Shown here: positions 33,929-34,374 of the stretch, piece after piece
Layout of the letters: each line of letters starts with the position of its first letter
Numbering within the stretch: the stretch's first letter is position 1
Source of the DNA: a virus
Lineage: Duplodnaviria; Caudoviricetes
Direction: 5' to 3' (one strand)
IMG/VR virus record: IMGVR_UViG_3300036784_000080
Coordinates: 1 to 34,374 of that record
DNA: 34,374 bases
Position numbers and translations under genes: made by a program
The notes under the pieces: model-generated
Databases searched by the model: none
Seen by the model: the letters and a program-made list of their open reading frames with translations, nothing else
Told to the model about the DNA's origin: nothing

Positions 33929-34374
33929 ATGGCGATGCTCGATCCTCATTACAAGCTGGTTCCGGTAGGCCGGGACACTGGCCTCTTTGCCGTGGTGGAT
34001 GACGAGGATTACGACCGTTGCGCGGCCCGGTACTGGTCGTTGACGGTGACGCCAAGCGGGAAGAGGTACGCGCATACGACCGTCTACGATGGCACCGTGG
34101 GGCTGCATCGTTTCGTGATGAATTGTACTGATCCGGCCCTTGTTGTCGATCACAGAGACGGCCACGGCCTCAACAACAGGCGTGGGAACCTGCGCGAAGC
34201 CACGAAAGAGCAGAACGGGCGCAACAAAGGCGCGTCCAGCCGGAGCAAGAGCGGGGTGCCGGGGGTGGAGTGGAGCCAGCGGTGGCGGATGTGGGAAGTG
34301 ACGATCCGTGTCAATGGCGTCCGGCTCTACGTGGATTCATTCAAGTGCCTGGAGAGGGCTGCGGCGGCGCGGTC
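33929..34374 (+). CDS. HNH endonuclease with C-terminal AP2-like domain (runs off the window end; absent from the ORF track)
   Basis: AVVDDEDY...LHRFVM...VDHRDGHGLNNRRGNLREAT..QN..N...SKSGVPGVEW...WEVTIRVNG. Confidence 0.9.
   Translation, partial: MAMLDPHYKLVPVGRDTGLFAVVDDEDYDRCAARYWSLTVTPSGKRYAHTTVYDGTVGLHRFVMNCTDPALVVDHRDGHGLNNRRGNLREATKEQNGRNKGASSRSKSGVPGVEWSQRWRMWEVTIRVNGVRLYVDSFKCLERAAAAR

Noticed and set aside
1-34374. CRISPR array, tRNA/rRNA genes, integrase/att site, IS element
   Set aside because: No regularly spaced repeats, tRNA T-loop/cloverleaf signature, recombinase or transposase motifs were found by eye.

Overview
Most of a GC-rich, podovirus-like dsDNA phage genome, partial at both ends; protein style tentatively suggests an Acidobacteria-type host. 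A long minus-strand region runs from a RusA resolvase through small Zn-finger and hypothetical genes, a secreted beta-helix lipoprotein and the large terminase. It continues through portal, scaffold, N4-gp56-type major capsid, two paralogous adaptors, tail nozzle, a GNAT-like protein, three likely ejection proteins, a SleB-like hydrolase and tail fibres to an intrinsic terminator near 3030. A second minus-strand operon follows (RHH regulator, Zn-finger, SMC/Rad50-like ATPase). A divergent plus-strand early operon carries an RHH regulator, a DUF3846-like protein, a wHTH replication initiator and an HNH-AP2 endonuclease. No integrase, CI repressor, small terminase, holin, tRNA or CRISPR array is recognisable. 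Main candidates for something new: (1) an RNA control system around the replication gene, made of a C4/CI-like switch RNA with complementary loops that can hide an RBS, a 57-codon leader ORF and a ~195-nt antisense RNA whose 12-nt loop also matches a hairpin loop 31 kb away; (2) a large terminase with intact ATPase motifs but an apparently degenerate nuclease site; (3) a major capsid protein with a 50-aa hydrophobic, signal-peptide-like leader. All calls come from reading motifs by eye; no searches or folding programs were run.
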